Source: Candidatus Poseidoniaceae archaeon (GTDB lineage: Archaea > Thermoplasmatota > Poseidoniia > Poseidoniales > Poseidoniaceae). Taken from it: 64,000 nucleotides of DNA. A program made the translations under genes and the position numbers. Shown here one piece after another: positions 63,757 to 64,000 of the stretch. The DNA lies in NCBI GenBank assembly GCA_964228815.1, contig CAXRAL010000008.1:3132-67131 (forward strand), in the 5' to 3' direction. Each line of letters begins with the position of its first letter. Position 1 is the stretch's first letter. The notes beneath the pieces were generated by a model, which made no database searches, had not been told where the DNA came from, and was given only the letters and a program-made list of their open reading frames with translations.

Positions 63757-64000
<244 letters not shown>

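Overview
All calls were made by eye, from remembered family motifs. No searches or computations were run, and start codons are often ambiguous. The window is high-GC (roughly 60%) and very tightly packed, and it is clearly an archaeal chromosomal segment. The archaeal backbone includes MCM, GatE, Trm1, two Pth2 genes, a PAC2 proteasome chaperone, a TFB-like factor, an archaeal-type PSD, a TIGR01210/RaSEA-like radical SAM protein and tRNA-Arg(GCG). The gene content, plus two giant sequon-rich surface proteins, is reminiscent of planktonic marine Euryarchaeota (Poseidoniales/MG-II-like), but that is inference only. I call about 50 CDS and one tRNA. I saw no rRNA, CRISPR array, transposase or integrase. 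The long ORFs antisense to these genes are high-GC shadows. The most interesting observations are: (1) three copies of an element resembling archaeal Orc1/Cdc6 origin recognition boxes, two directly upstream of mcm (10850-10925) and one at 63757-63780; (2) a translationally coupled bacterial-type AddB/AddA-like helicase-nuclease pair (24227-32898) in which both subunits carry a Cas4/AddB-type 4-Cys nuclease signature, sitting behind a 339-bp low-GC, repeat-laden spacer shared with a divergent TFB paralog; (3) two giant type-I surface proteins (about 1450 and 2779 aa) that share a D-x-P-D-D-x-G-G module and have unusual cytoplasmic tails; (4) a roughly 13-TM membrane protein ending in a canonical EF-hand pair; (5) tandem Pth2 paralogs; (6) a 789-aa Trp/Arg/His-rich orphan protein; (7) a beta-propeller/DUF4430 fusion next to an S-component-like membrane protein, possibly for cobalamin capture.
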